Assembly (NCBI GenBank): GCA_052325425.1
Contig: JBKQUY010000102.1
Location: forward strand, 472-64,471
Length of the DNA stretch: 64,000 nucleotides
Direction: 5' to 3'
Source: Bacteroidia bacterium
Lineage (GTDB): Bacteria > Bacteroidota > Bacteroidia > JABEUT01
The translations under genes and the position numbers were made by a program. Of this stretch, positions 17,956 to 28,400 are shown one piece after another; position 1 is the first letter of the stretch, and the number at the start of each line of letters is the position of its first letter. The notes beneath the pieces were generated by a model. That model made no database searches, was not told where the DNA came from, and was given only the letters and a program-made list of their open reading frames with translations.

Positions 17956-20313
17956 TCAGAAAGTTATTTTATACGAACCTACGGGGAAAAATCCTAATTG
18001 ATAATCAGTCTGAAGGCTGTTTGTATCGGGGTTGTAAATTTGTTCAAAAATATTTTGGCGGTTAAAAATATTTTGTGCTTCAAAGGCCCACTCCTGGGTT
18101 ATTTTTTTGCTGTTGAGCTTAAAACCAATCTTTAAATCAACCCTTGAATAATCGGGATACCTGTCAACATAAGCATCTGAGTACTCATAAATCGGTACAT
18201 GCTCAACCTGGCTTGCAGCAAGGTCTATGGGTATATAGCGCTTTCCGCCGGCATAATTTATTTTGGCGCTGATTGAAATTACCTTGCGCTTTTGTTTGTC
18301 TAAATTAATATCCCCTCCCGCAAGCGCGTTAAGCGTATAATTTCCATCGAATGCGGTATTCCTCAACACACCGTCGCTGCCTTTGTATTGCGATTGGTAA
18401 AGCGATGAGGTCAGAAGCACATAATATGTTTTGTCAAAGAACTTTTCAATGGTAAGTTCTGCCCCGTAATTCTGCCCTGTGCCTTTGTTCACAAGGCTGT
18501 CGTAAGGCGGGTCATAATATGACGCGCCGATGTTGAGGGTAGAGTATGTGTTGGGCTGTATCTGCACGGGAATATTGTATAAATACTGGTAATAGGTTTC
18601 AACTTTCATGCGCCAGCCGGGCAAAAAAGCATAATCGTAAGCAAGCACAATATGGGCGCTTTTTGAGAAGCCTAAACCTGTGTTGGTTTCGGCGTAGGTA
18701 CCATTAGGCAATTGATTTTCATAATAATAAACGCTTATAGGCTGCATTTCGCTGTGCATGCCTGTGGCGAGCGCAATAGATTGTTTTGGCGCAAAATGCC
18801 ATTTAATACCGATACGGGGTTCAAAGGCTTTGCTGTTGTTGTTGATTGAAAAGTACTGGTAATGAAGCCCGCTGTTCAATACTATATTATCGGTGAATTT
18901 ATGCTGCCATTCCATATAGGCTTGCAGTAAGGTATTGGTGGCTTTAAAGTTGTTGCCATATATATATGCGTTGTCAACCAATACGCTGTCGCCATAATCA
19001 GAATTATATATATCGGCTTTCACCCCCGTTTTTACAGTGTTCCTGGTATCTATCTTTTTGTTGAAGGTATATGAAAGCGCGGTAATAATATCTGTGGCAT
19101 TCTGGCCGAACGTGATTTTGTAATTACCGTTATCATTGGTGTCAATCTTGGTAATGTTCTGTAGGCCTGAAACAGCAAGGGATATAGTTTGGGATGTGTT
19201 TTCATTGAAGAACAATTTATAAGAAGCTCCGACGGCACCCATGTTCGAATTGAAATATGTGTTTTCGTTAAAAGGAGTAACACTGTAATTATCCTGCTGG
19301 TCTGCAAGCAAAGCTATATAGCTTGGCCCGCCGAGGCCGAATATAGAAATGGTTCCATACTTGACCCCCATAGGTATATTGATTTTGAATGAAATATCCT
19401 GGTACTGGGGAACAGCCGCGAAACCATAATTTATTCCCAGGAACTGGAATACGGCAAGGGTTGAATAACGATAATCAATAATATAGGATGCCTGCGAGTT
19501 TTGGGAAAATGGCCCTTCCGCCTGCAGTTCTGCGCCATTAAAACCGATTTCTCCGGCGAATTCGCTTTTTTCGCTGTTGCCGTTCTTCATCTGCAAATCG
19601 AAAACACCTGCGACAGCATTGCCATATTCTGCCGGAAAGGCTCCTGTCATAAAATCGCTTTGGTCAAGCATATTGTTGTTTAAAATACTTACGGGCCCAC
19701 CGGTAGAGCCCAGCGTTCCAAAATGGTTGGGATTAGGAATATCCACCCCATCGAGCATCCATAATAATCCCAATGGGGAATTGCCCCTTATCACAATATC
19801 ATTGCGCGAATCATTGGCCACGCCTACACCGGCAAAATTTGTTGCCATACGCGATGGGTCTGATAAGGCGCCTGCATAACGGCTGGCATCATCGGGAGAA
19901 AATTGCCCTGCACTGGCTGTAGTCATTTCATTCAGGGCGTTTTGCTTGTCCTTGCCGGTATGTATAACCACTTCTTTCAGCGTATCTACATATTCCTCCA
20001 TGGTTACATTCACACTGCCTTCTTTCCCGGCATCGAGTACTATATTGTTAAGTACAACGGTCTTGTACCCCATTAAAGAAAACCCCAGGCTTACGTGCCC
20101 TATATGAACATTGGTCAGTACATACCTGCCATCGGCATCGGTTGCCGTACCTATAAGCGAATCGGAATTAAGTACTTTTACAATAACACCGGGCAGCGGA
20201 GATTCTGATTGAGCGTCAGTTACCGTTCCATGAATCTTCTGCGTGGCATTTTGCGCAAATAGAAACATGGGTGTACAAAGAAAAAGAAAGAGTATGCTTG
20301 TGCGCTTTATCAT
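17956..20313 (-). CDS. TonB-dependent receptor with N-terminal CarboxypepD_reg-like domain
   Basis: IHGTVTDAQSESPLPGV; plug motif NDIVIRGNSP...LDGVDIPNPNHF; terminal F; likely start ATG 20313. Confidence 0.9.
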   Translation of the reverse strand: MIKRTSILFLFLCTPMFLFAQNATQKIHGTVTDAQSESPLPGVIVKVLNSDSLIGTATDADGRYVLTNVHIGHVSLGFSLMGYKTVVLNNIVLDAGKEGSVNVTMEEYVDTLKEVVIHTGKDKQNALNEMTTASAGQFSPDDASRYAGALSDPSRMATNFAGVGVANDSRNDIVIRGNSPLGLLWMLDGVDIPNPNHFGTLGSTGGPVSILNNNMLDQSDFMTGAFPAEYGNAVAGVFDLQMKNGNSEKSEFAGEIGFNGAELQAEGPFSQNSQASYIIDYRYSTLAVFQFLGINYGFAAVPQYQDISFKINIPMGVKYGTISIFGLGGPSYIALLADQQDNYSVTPFNENTYFNSNMGAVGASYKLFFNENTSQTISLAVSGLQNITKIDTNDNGNYKITFGQNATDIITALSYTFNKKIDTRNTVKTGVKADIYNSDYGDSVLVDNAYIYGNNFKATNTLLQAYMEWQHKFTDNIVLNSGLHYQYFSINNNSKAFEPRIGIKWHFAPKQSIALATGMHSEMQPISVYYYENQLPNGTYAETNTGLGFSKSAHIVLAYDYAFLPGWRMKVETYYQYLYNIPVQIQPNTYSTLNIGASYYDPPYDSLVNKGTGQNYGAELTIEKFFDKTYYVLLTSSLYQSQYKGSDGVLRNTAFDGNYTLNALAGGDINLDKQKRKVISISAKINYAGGKRYIPIDLAASQVEHVPIYEYSDAYVDRYPDYSRVDLKIGFKLNSKKITQEWAFEAQNIFNRQNIFEQIYNPDTNSLQTDYQLGFFPVGSYKITF

Positions 20314-20373
20314 TTTGCAGAAAGTATTTAAAATAACCGTTTGCAAAATTGCGCGATTCATTTAACCGTGAAC

Positions 20374-20389
20374 GATAACAAATGTTATC
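20374..20389. promoter_or_regulatory. Candidate Crp/Fnr-family operator upstream of the TBDR
   Basis: Perfect inverted repeat GATAACA-AA-TGTTATC at the 3' end of the Crp/Fnr gene. Confidence 0.55.
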
Positions 20390-20972
20390 ATTTTAAAACC
20401 TGCGAAGATTTTAACCGGCTAAGATGTACGGGTGTAATGCCCAGGAAGGAAGCTATCATGTGTTGCGGAACCCGCTGATGGATACCGGGAAAGGTGTCGT
20501 TTAGCTTATCGAACCTGTCGAGAACATCATTGGCATAAATCTCTTCAACTTTATCGCTTATCATCATAAAGTAATGTTCTGCAATTAACCTGCCCAGTTT
20601 ATTGCCTTCTTTAGTATGTTCATACCCATATTGCAATGCATCCCTGCTGATTATCACTGCTTCCACATCTTCCAGGGCTTGTATGCTGCAACTGGCGGGC
20701 CTTTTCTTTAAAAGCGAAGCATATTCTGTTATGAAATTATCTTCCATAGTAAAGTGAATGGTTATCTCTTCTCCCTTAGGGTTTGTAATAAGGTTTCTTA
20801 CTATGCCTGAGTTTATGAAGAATATTTCGTTGCAAACAGAGCCTTGTTCCAGCAGGAATTCCTTTTTCCGGTAATTCTTGATTGTCAGCATGGAATTAAA
20901 AGCGCTGCCCTCTTCCATTGAAAATGAAATAAGCGATGAAAACGCAGCATATATCTTAGAAAAGCCTATCAT
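20388..20972 (-). CDS. Crp/Fnr family transcriptional regulator
   Basis: cNMP-binding domain (LLEQGSVCNEIFFINSGIVR) and HTH QHMIASFLGITPVHLSRL. Confidence 0.92.
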   Translation of the reverse strand: MIGFSKIYAAFSSLISFSMEEGSAFNSMLTIKNYRKKEFLLEQGSVCNEIFFINSGIVRNLITNPKGEEITIHFTMEDNFITEYASLLKKRPASCSIQALEDVEAVIISRDALQYGYEHTKEGNKLGRLIAEHYFMMISDKVEEIYANDVLDRFDKLNDTFPGIHQRVPQHMIASFLGITPVHLSRLKSSQVLK

Positions 20973-21076
20973 GTATATTGTTATGGTATAACAAAGATAT
21001 ACATTTAGATTTATTATAAGTTACATTGAACCTCTCATTCAATTCATAACTCATAACTTGTATTTCATATATTTGT

Positions 21077-21820
21077 ATGACGATGAATATCGCCGGAGAA
21101 TTTCATGCGTTGTTTTCCATACATGGCCTTGCAGGTTTGCTTGTACTTTCTGTACTCGAACTTGTACTGGGAATAGATAACATTATTTTCATTTCGCTCA
21201 TTATTGCAAAATTGCCGCTGCCGAAAAGATTACCGGCAAGGGTAATAGGTATGTCCCTTGCCTTGGTTATGCGTATATTTATGTTATTTGCTATTGTATG
21301 GCTCTCGCATTTTACAACAACCCTGCTTAGTATTTCAGGCTTTAAGGTTACAGTTAAAGATGATTTGTTTTTTGCGGGAGGATTGTACCTGGCATGGAAT
21401 ACATTTATAGAATTGCGCATTCATCTCACCGGAAAGAAAAAGAAAAACATGGATACAAATGGGCAATTGCTGTTCCGTAAGGCTGTCATGCAGATAGTTT
21501 TGGCAGATATGCTTTTTTCTTTCGATTCCATTTTCACCGCCATTGGTTTGCTTCAGAATGTTGTAATTATGGCTCTTGCTGTTTTTATAGGAATGGTTTT
21601 TATGGTTTACCTCTCCGGTAAAATAGCTGAGTATATAAATCGTTATCCATCAATCAAGACTTTTGCCTTATCTTTTATAATGGGCGTTGCATTGTTGCTC
21701 ATTACTTCGGCGTTTCACATTCACATACCCAAGATTTACTTTTATTCAGCTTATGGTGTAGCTTTTGTTGCGGTATTGCTTAACCTAAGCCTGAAAAAAA
21801 GAAGCCCTTCGCATAGCTGA
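21077..21820 (+). CDS. TerC family integral membrane protein
   Basis: LELVLGIDNIIFISL and DMLFSFDSIFTAIG motifs. Confidence 0.9.
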   Translation: MTMNIAGEFHALFSIHGLAGLLVLSVLELVLGIDNIIFISLIIAKLPLPKRLPARVIGMSLALVMRIFMLFAIVWLSHFTTTLLSISGFKVTVKDDLFFAGGLYLAWNTFIELRIHLTGKKKKNMDTNGQLLFRKAVMQIVLADMLFSFDSIFTAIGLLQNVVIMALAVFIGMVFMVYLSGKIAEYINRYPSIKTFALSFIMGVALLLITSAFHIHIPKIYFYSAYGVAFVAVLLNLSLKKRSPSHS

Positions 21821-21937
21821 AAACCTTAGTGTTTATTTGAGTCCCGGTATTCAATATACAAGGAACAGGTATATGCTTGTTCTTTAAAAAACAATTATAC
21901 ATTTGCACGCGTATTCTTAACCCTAAATCAAAAAAAC

Positions 21938-24301
21938 ATGAACTCAAAATCACTGTCACTCATTGCTATTGCTTTATTTGGCCTTGCCACAACCGCTTTG
22001 CATGCCCAGGTCGGAATTAATAACAGCGCAACCAATCCTGACCCATCTGCAATACTTGACTTGATGTCAGGCAATTCAGGAGTTAATAAAGGTTTCCTGC
22101 CAAATGCCGTTGCGCTTACTGCAACCAATTCAGCTTCGCCCGTTACAAGCCCTGCTACAGGCCTTATAGTTTATAACACTGCCACTGCAGGCGCATCTCC
22201 CAACAATGTTGTGCCGGGTTATTATTACTGGAACGGAACGGCATGGATAGGCCTTGGTGGTTATGCTTCAGGTTCAGGAACCAACAATTACATTGCCCGC
22301 TGGACGCCAACAGGAAATTCATTGGGAACCGGAATGATACAGGATAATGGCTCATCGGTAGGTATAAATGCAAGCCCCAATACTGACGCAATGCTTTCTA
22401 TAAATAATACCGGAACAGGGCTTTATACCAATTCATCAGGTTACGCGGGCGATTCCTCTATAGGCGCCACTTATGGAGTTTATGGTATGGCTACTAATTA
22501 TGGCTCAGCGGGGGTATATGGAAATAATAATTGGGGAACCGGCGTATATGGCAATTCTGCCAATCAAACAGGAGTATACGGCTTTTCATCATGCGCGGGT
22601 AAAGACGCTCCACCTACCAATCCTTACGGTGGCATATATGGTGAAGGCGATAATACCTGGGGCGTGCAGGGAGTGTCTGCAAGCGGCGCAGGCGTTTTAG
22701 GGGTGGGTAAATATGCGGGTTATTTTACAGGTTCAACACAAGGTGTCTACAGTAATTCAACCGGTGGTGCCGGTGATTCTTCCGTAGGAACAACTTATGG
22801 TGTTTATGGGAATTCATCCAATTATTTATCGGCAGGTGTTTTTGGAACCAGCACCAGTGGCTACGGAGTGAAAGGCAATTCATCCAACGCCGATGGTATC
22901 TATGGCTATTCAATTGCAGGGCCTGCTGGACCACCACAGTTTTCTCAATATGGCGGTGTTTTCGGTGAGGACGACAATACATGGGGAATTGAAGGTTCCT
23001 CAATAAAGGGGACGGGTGTTTATGGTAATGGTGGCAGATACGGAGGGTATTTTACGGCAAGCAGTACCGGTGTTTACAGCAATTCAACTTTTGCCAGCGG
23101 TGATTCTTCGGTAGGCTTAACGTATGGAGTTTATGGTAGTTCTTCAAAAAATGGTTATCCTGGCGTTTATGGAAATAATCCTAATGGCTATGGAGTATGG
23201 GGGAATTCTACCAATGGAACAGGTGTTTACGGTTATTCGAATGCTACAGGTGGGATAAACCCCGGAGGTGTATATGGAGAAAATGATAATGCTTTAGGGT
23301 TTGGTGTCGAGGGTTATTCTTCAAATGGTACTGGTGTAATTGGTAATGGCAATAAATACGGAGGTTATTTTACGGCGCTTAAGGGACAGGGTATATATAG
23401 TAGTTCGACTTATTACTCAGGTGATTCTTCAATAGGCAATACCTATGGTGTTTATGCATATTCAAGCGCTACTACAGGAAACTACCCTGGTGTTTATGGT
23501 ACTTCGAAAAACGGCAATGGTGTAAATGGGTATGCACCCGGCGGTGTTGGTGTTTATGGAAACAGCTCGAGCAATTACGGTATATCGGGGTTTTCTACAA
23601 GCAGTACCGGTGTGTATGGAGAAGGTGACAATCTGTATGGTGTGGAAGGTTATTCATCTTCGGGAACCGGTGTGTTTGCGGAAGGCAACAGTTATGGACT
23701 TATAGCTACCTACTCAAATTTCAATGCTACAACCGCCGTAGCAGCTATTGAAGCCATTGATTCAAAGTCAAACGGAGATGTATGGGTAAATGCATGGTCA
23801 AGCGGCACGCACTACAAAATTATAGGCAGTAATACTACAAGTGTATCGTGCAGTGTGCCCGACCTTGATGGCAATAAAGTGGTAATGCATTGCCCTGAAA
23901 CTCCTGAATTTTATTTTGAAGATTACGGCGAAGGACAGTTGGTAAACGGGAAGGCACATATTGACCTTGACCCGATACTGGCAAAAAATGTTGCCATTAA
24001 TGATAAACACCATTTGAGGGTATTTGTGCAACTTGACGGCGATTGTAAAGGAGTATATGTTACCAATAAAACAGCTACAGGTTTTGATGTGGTTGAACTC
24101 GACGGCGGGACCTCCAATACTTCATTTGAGTGGCATGTGATTTGTAATGTTAAAGATGAAAATGAAAATGGTGTGGTAAATCATAACCAGGACTTAAGGT
24201 TTGAAAAAGCCCCTATTGTTGATGCTTCTGCAAATGCAAAGTTAATTCAGCAGGCGCCTGCCCAAACAATAACTACAACCCAGGCATCGGGTAAAAAATA
24301 A
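21938..24301 (+). CDS. Secreted Gly/Ser/Tyr-rich fibre-like repeat protein
   Basis: Signal peptide, QVGINN...PDPSAILDL N-domain, GVYG repeats with four ~110-aa units (GDSS.G.TYGVY), C-terminal HCPETPEFYFEDYG domain. Confidence 0.8.
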   Translation: MNSKSLSLIAIALFGLATTALHAQVGINNSATNPDPSAILDLMSGNSGVNKGFLPNAVALTATNSASPVTSPATGLIVYNTATAGASPNNVVPGYYYWNGTAWIGLGGYASGSGTNNYIARWTPTGNSLGTGMIQDNGSSVGINASPNTDAMLSINNTGTGLYTNSSGYAGDSSIGATYGVYGMATNYGSAGVYGNNNWGTGVYGNSANQTGVYGFSSCAGKDAPPTNPYGGIYGEGDNTWGVQGVSASGAGVLGVGKYAGYFTGSTQGVYSNSTGGAGDSSVGTTYGVYGNSSNYLSAGVFGTSTSGYGVKGNSSNADGIYGYSIAGPAGPPQFSQYGGVFGEDDNTWGIEGSSIKGTGVYGNGGRYGGYFTASSTGVYSNSTFASGDSSVGLTYGVYGSSSKNGYPGVYGNNPNGYGVWGNSTNGTGVYGYSNATGGINPGGVYGENDNALGFGVEGYSSNGTGVIGNGNKYGGYFTALKGQGIYSSSTYYSGDSSIGNTYGVYAYSSATTGNYPGVYGTSKNGNGVNGYAPGGVGVYGNSSSNYGISGFSTSSTGVYGEGDNLYGVEGYSSSGTGVFAEGNSYGLIATYSNFNATTAVAAIEAIDSKSNGDVWVNAWSSGTHYKIIGSNTTSVSCSVPDLDGNKVVMHCPETPEFYFEDYGEGQLVNGKAHIDLDPILAKNVAINDKHHLRVFVQLDGDCKGVYVTNKTATGFDVVELDGGTSNTSFEWHVICNVKDENENGVVNHNQDLRFEKAPIVDASANAKLIQQAPAQTITTTQASGKK

Positions 24302-24340
24302 ATTATCATTAGCTATAACTTTAGTTAAAAACAAAACAAA

Positions 24341-25324
24341 GTGAAAAAATATATAGGCTTAATAGCAGGCTTTCTGCCTATTGCTGTATCGGCACAATTG
24401 GTAATGACAAATAATTACTATGTGGTGCTTAGCGGTGGCAGCCAGTCAAGCCCGGCTACATTGGTACTTACAAACCCATCGCCATCCGCGATTACCAATT
24501 CGGGAAGCGGCTGGATTGTTTCAGAAAACGAGTTTAACCAGGTTGTCTGGAATATCGGTACCAATACCGGAAATTATATTGTTCCGTTCGGGTATGGAAC
24601 CTCGGATTACCTTCCTGTAACCTGTAACATATCCGCAGCAGGTGTGGGTAACGGAAGCATAAAATTTTCCACATACCACGGCCCGACATGGGATAATTCG
24701 GCTTATGTGCCATCGGATGTTACCAATATGACCGATTTTGGAAGGACAGATTATTCCAATGACGCTGTGGACAGGTTCTGGATATTGGATGCGAACGGTT
24801 ATTCAACCATGCCAACACCGGATATTACATTTACTTACATCCGCGACGGAGCATTTTCTGAAATAGCAGCTCCCAATAATATAACGGAGAGTGCGTTTAT
24901 CGCGCAGCGGTTTAATTCATCTTTAAATGAATGGTACGACTGGTTGGGCGCTACGGGTACCAATATTACATCTGTCAATACCGGAACAATAAAAAGCGGC
25001 AATGTTCCTCCCGCATTTTTCTATCGTTCCTGGTGCTTGTTTAATGATAGCGCCCTGTTTACAGGTATTCCATCTCTAAGTAATCATTCCTCCATTGATG
25101 TATTCCCGAATCCGACACCGGGTAACATTACTATATCAGGAATAACACCGGGACAGGTTATTGAGTTGTATGACTACATTGGACAGAAACTGAGCAGTGA
25201 TATAGCGGACAATTCAATTATGCATTTTGATGTTTCAGACAAGCCTTACGGAGTTTACCTTATAAGAATTGAGAATAAGGACGGAACTATGGTAGCTGAA
25301 AAGAAAGTGATGAAGACACAATAA
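24341..25324 (+). CDS. T9SS type-A CTD secreted protein
   Basis: Signal peptide; VFPNPTPG...GVYLIRI...KKVMK. Confidence 0.85.
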   Translation: MKKYIGLIAGFLPIAVSAQLVMTNNYYVVLSGGSQSSPATLVLTNPSPSAITNSGSGWIVSENEFNQVVWNIGTNTGNYIVPFGYGTSDYLPVTCNISAAGVGNGSIKFSTYHGPTWDNSAYVPSDVTNMTDFGRTDYSNDAVDRFWILDANGYSTMPTPDITFTYIRDGAFSEIAAPNNITESAFIAQRFNSSLNEWYDWLGATGTNITSVNTGTIKSGNVPPAFFYRSWCLFNDSALFTGIPSLSNHSSIDVFPNPTPGNITISGITPGQVIELYDYIGQKLSSDIADNSIMHFDVSDKPYGVYLIRIENKDGTMVAEKKVMKTQ

Positions 25325-25345
25325 GCATTCCGTAATCTTTAAATT

Positions 25346-25379
25346 AAAAAGCCACTGACAGTATCGTCAGCGGCTTTTT
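25346..25379. terminator. Bidirectional terminator
   Basis: AAAAAGCCACTGAC...GTCAGCGGCTTTTT between convergent genes. Confidence 0.75.
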
Positions 25380-25400
25380 AATTGCAATTTCTTTAATAAG

Positions 25401-28400
25401 CTATTCCTTCACAAACTTAACCACCTGTGAAGATGAATTAGTTGTCACTTTCACAAAATAGACTCCCTGCGATAAGTTACCTGTATTAATTGTAAATGGC
25501 GCATTGTAAACGGTGCATCGTACATTATCCATTGAATAGAGTTCTCGGCCCATCACATCTACAATGCTCACCCTTGCAATCGCAGCTTTTGCAACATTGA
25601 ATTTTATATTCAGGTTTTGCCCTGCCGGGTTTGGATATACCGATATTGCTGGGGCGGGAGATGCTATTTGCTCAACCCCTTGTATTAAGGCAATATTGTG
25701 CTGGGTATTACTGCGGGTTGTGGTATTATTGATTTTCTCAGGCCTTAATATTGGTACTACCGTACCTGCCCCTATTGAATCATTCAATACTGCTCCGATA
25801 TACCACCTTGCATGAGGGTAATTGCCGGGGTTAGCCTGGTAAACATAATCATTCATGGTGTTTTGCGTACCCGATACGGAGTCAATCGCTTTCCAGCTGC
25901 CATTGCCTGCACTGTCGCGGTATAGGAAATAAGATATTACCGGCAGTACCACACCTTCTTTCAGGTAGCCTGTACCAGACCATATAAAAGTACCGGGAGT
26001 AAGCTGATATATATGTGTAGTATTTTGCCAGGGGCTTGCTGAAATAGGTTCTTCAGTTCCGCACGTACCAATTGCAGTTAAACAATAACGTACCGTGTTT
26101 GCATTAGGATTATTAATGGGCGTACTGTCAACTATATAATCAGGAGCAGAAAACGGAACAGTTTTAATCAACTGCCAAACCGACAGATAGTTCAGGTAAT
26201 AAAGTTTTAAGCTATCTACCCCGGTCATGGCTGATTTATTCCATACAATTATGTTATGCGTTGATTCCGTATCCACAGAAACTATAGATATTGAAACGCC
26301 GGATGGAACCGAGTTTAACACCTGGGTATTGGCTGTCCCTATGCATCCACCGGCATCGGTAACCGTAACATTATAACTGCCTGCTCCCAGGCCGCCAACG
26401 TTTTGCGTGGTAGCTCCGTCAGACCATAAATAAGTGTATGAAGGGGTACCACCGGTAACCGATATATTTATAGAACCTGTGTTTCCGCTTGTGCAGCTAT
26501 CTGCTGTAACAGATTCAATAGTTATAACCGGGCCTGAGGTATTGCTCACCGAGGCATCAGCCGAATCTTTGCATCCATTATTATCGGTAACAACAACTGT
26601 ATATGTTCCGGCGCTGACATTAAAGAGGTCAGCCGATGTTGAAGAAGTGCTCCAGTTATAAGTATAAGGAGATGTTCCGCCTGAGGCAGTTACCAATACG
26701 TCTCCGTTGGCAGTGGAACAACTTGCAGGATTAATAGTAGTGGATATCACTATGGCGGCAGGAGAGGTAATAGTAACAGTGTTAATAAAATCACTGCACC
26801 CATTGGCATCGGTAACTTTCAGCTTGTAAGGCCCGTCAGGCAATCCTGAGATATTGGAGGTAGTGGCTCCATTTGACCAGGAGTACTGGTATGGCGATTT
26901 ACCTCCGCTCACCGTAACGCTGATAGCGCCGGCTGAACCGCCGTAACATTTATTTTCTGTTACAGAACTTACAGTTACAGCAGGTCCGTTGGTATCGCCC
27001 ACCGTAATGGATTGTGATTGCGAGCCGGAACAACCGCTGTTATCTATAACAGTTAAATTATAAATGCCCGCGGCAAGGCTATCGGCTGTGGCAAGACTGT
27101 CTCCATTGCTCCATGCATAGGTAAAAGGAGGTGTTCCGCCGGACACTGTAGCAGTGGCTGAACCATTATCATTGCCGCATGTGGCTGAAGTCACCTTTAC
27201 AGAAACAGAAAGTGAACCCGATGCTCCCACTGAAACTGAAGCGTCGGCAGTGCACTTATTCGAATCTGTTACGGTAACAGTGTAGCTTCCTACACAAAGG
27301 CCAGTGGCGCTGGCATTAGATTGCACCGGAATGCTGTTCCATGAATAAGCAATAGGCGGAGTAGCGCCAACGACTGATGCAGTGGCGCTACCATTACAAA
27401 CTCCGGTGCAGGTTGCATCAACACCGGTTGCAGTAACTGATATTGGCTTACCGGTCTTTATAATCACTGTTCCGGAATTAGCCGTACATCCTCCGGAATC
27501 AGTAACCATAACAGAACACGACCCTGCGCAAAGGTTGGTTATTGAGGAAGTGGTCTCGCCTGAATTCCAGCTAAATGTATATGGCGGCGTACCGCTCGAT
27601 ACTGTACATGATGCACTGCCATTGCATTGCCCGCAGGTTCCATTTACAGTGGAGAGGTTGAACGATAATGCTGCCGGCTGAGTAATGGTTACTGATCCGG
27701 TGTCTTTACATCCGGAACCATTGGTAACTATACATGTATATTTTCCTGCACAAAGATTTGTGGCTGTCTGGGTAGTTTGACCATTGTCCCAGGTATAAGT
27801 AAAAGGAGCTGCTCCACCCAAAATATTGGCTGTTGCACTGCCATTACAAAGCCCGTTGCACGTTACATTCACGGCACTTGCTGTAACAGTCATTATTCCT
27901 GACTGGGAAATGGTCACTGAGTCGATGGCTTTACATCCATTGGCATCGGTAACCGTAAGTGAATATGTACCTGCGCAAAAGCCAGTCATATTACCTGTTG
28001 TTCCTCCATTACTCCATAAGTATGAATATGGGGCAGCGCCACCTCCAACGCTGACATTGGCACTGCCATTACATTGCCCGCATGTTGCATTGGTTGGTGT
28101 AATAGTAACCGTTAACGGCGGTGGCTGGGAAATGGTTACTGAGTCCAAACCGGAACAGCCGTTGGCATCGGTAACCTTAAGTGAATACGTACCTGCGCAA
28201 AGGCCTGTCAGATTACCCACCGTTCCACCATTACTCCAATAATATGTATATGGCGCTGTACCACCCGACACAATAGAGGTCGCGCTGCCATTGCAGGCAC
28301 CGTTACAGCTTGCATTTACAGATGCAAAGGAAATTGTAATCGGCGTCGGCTGGTTAACGGTTCCTGTTCCCAAACTCTTACATCCCATTGAATCGGTAAC

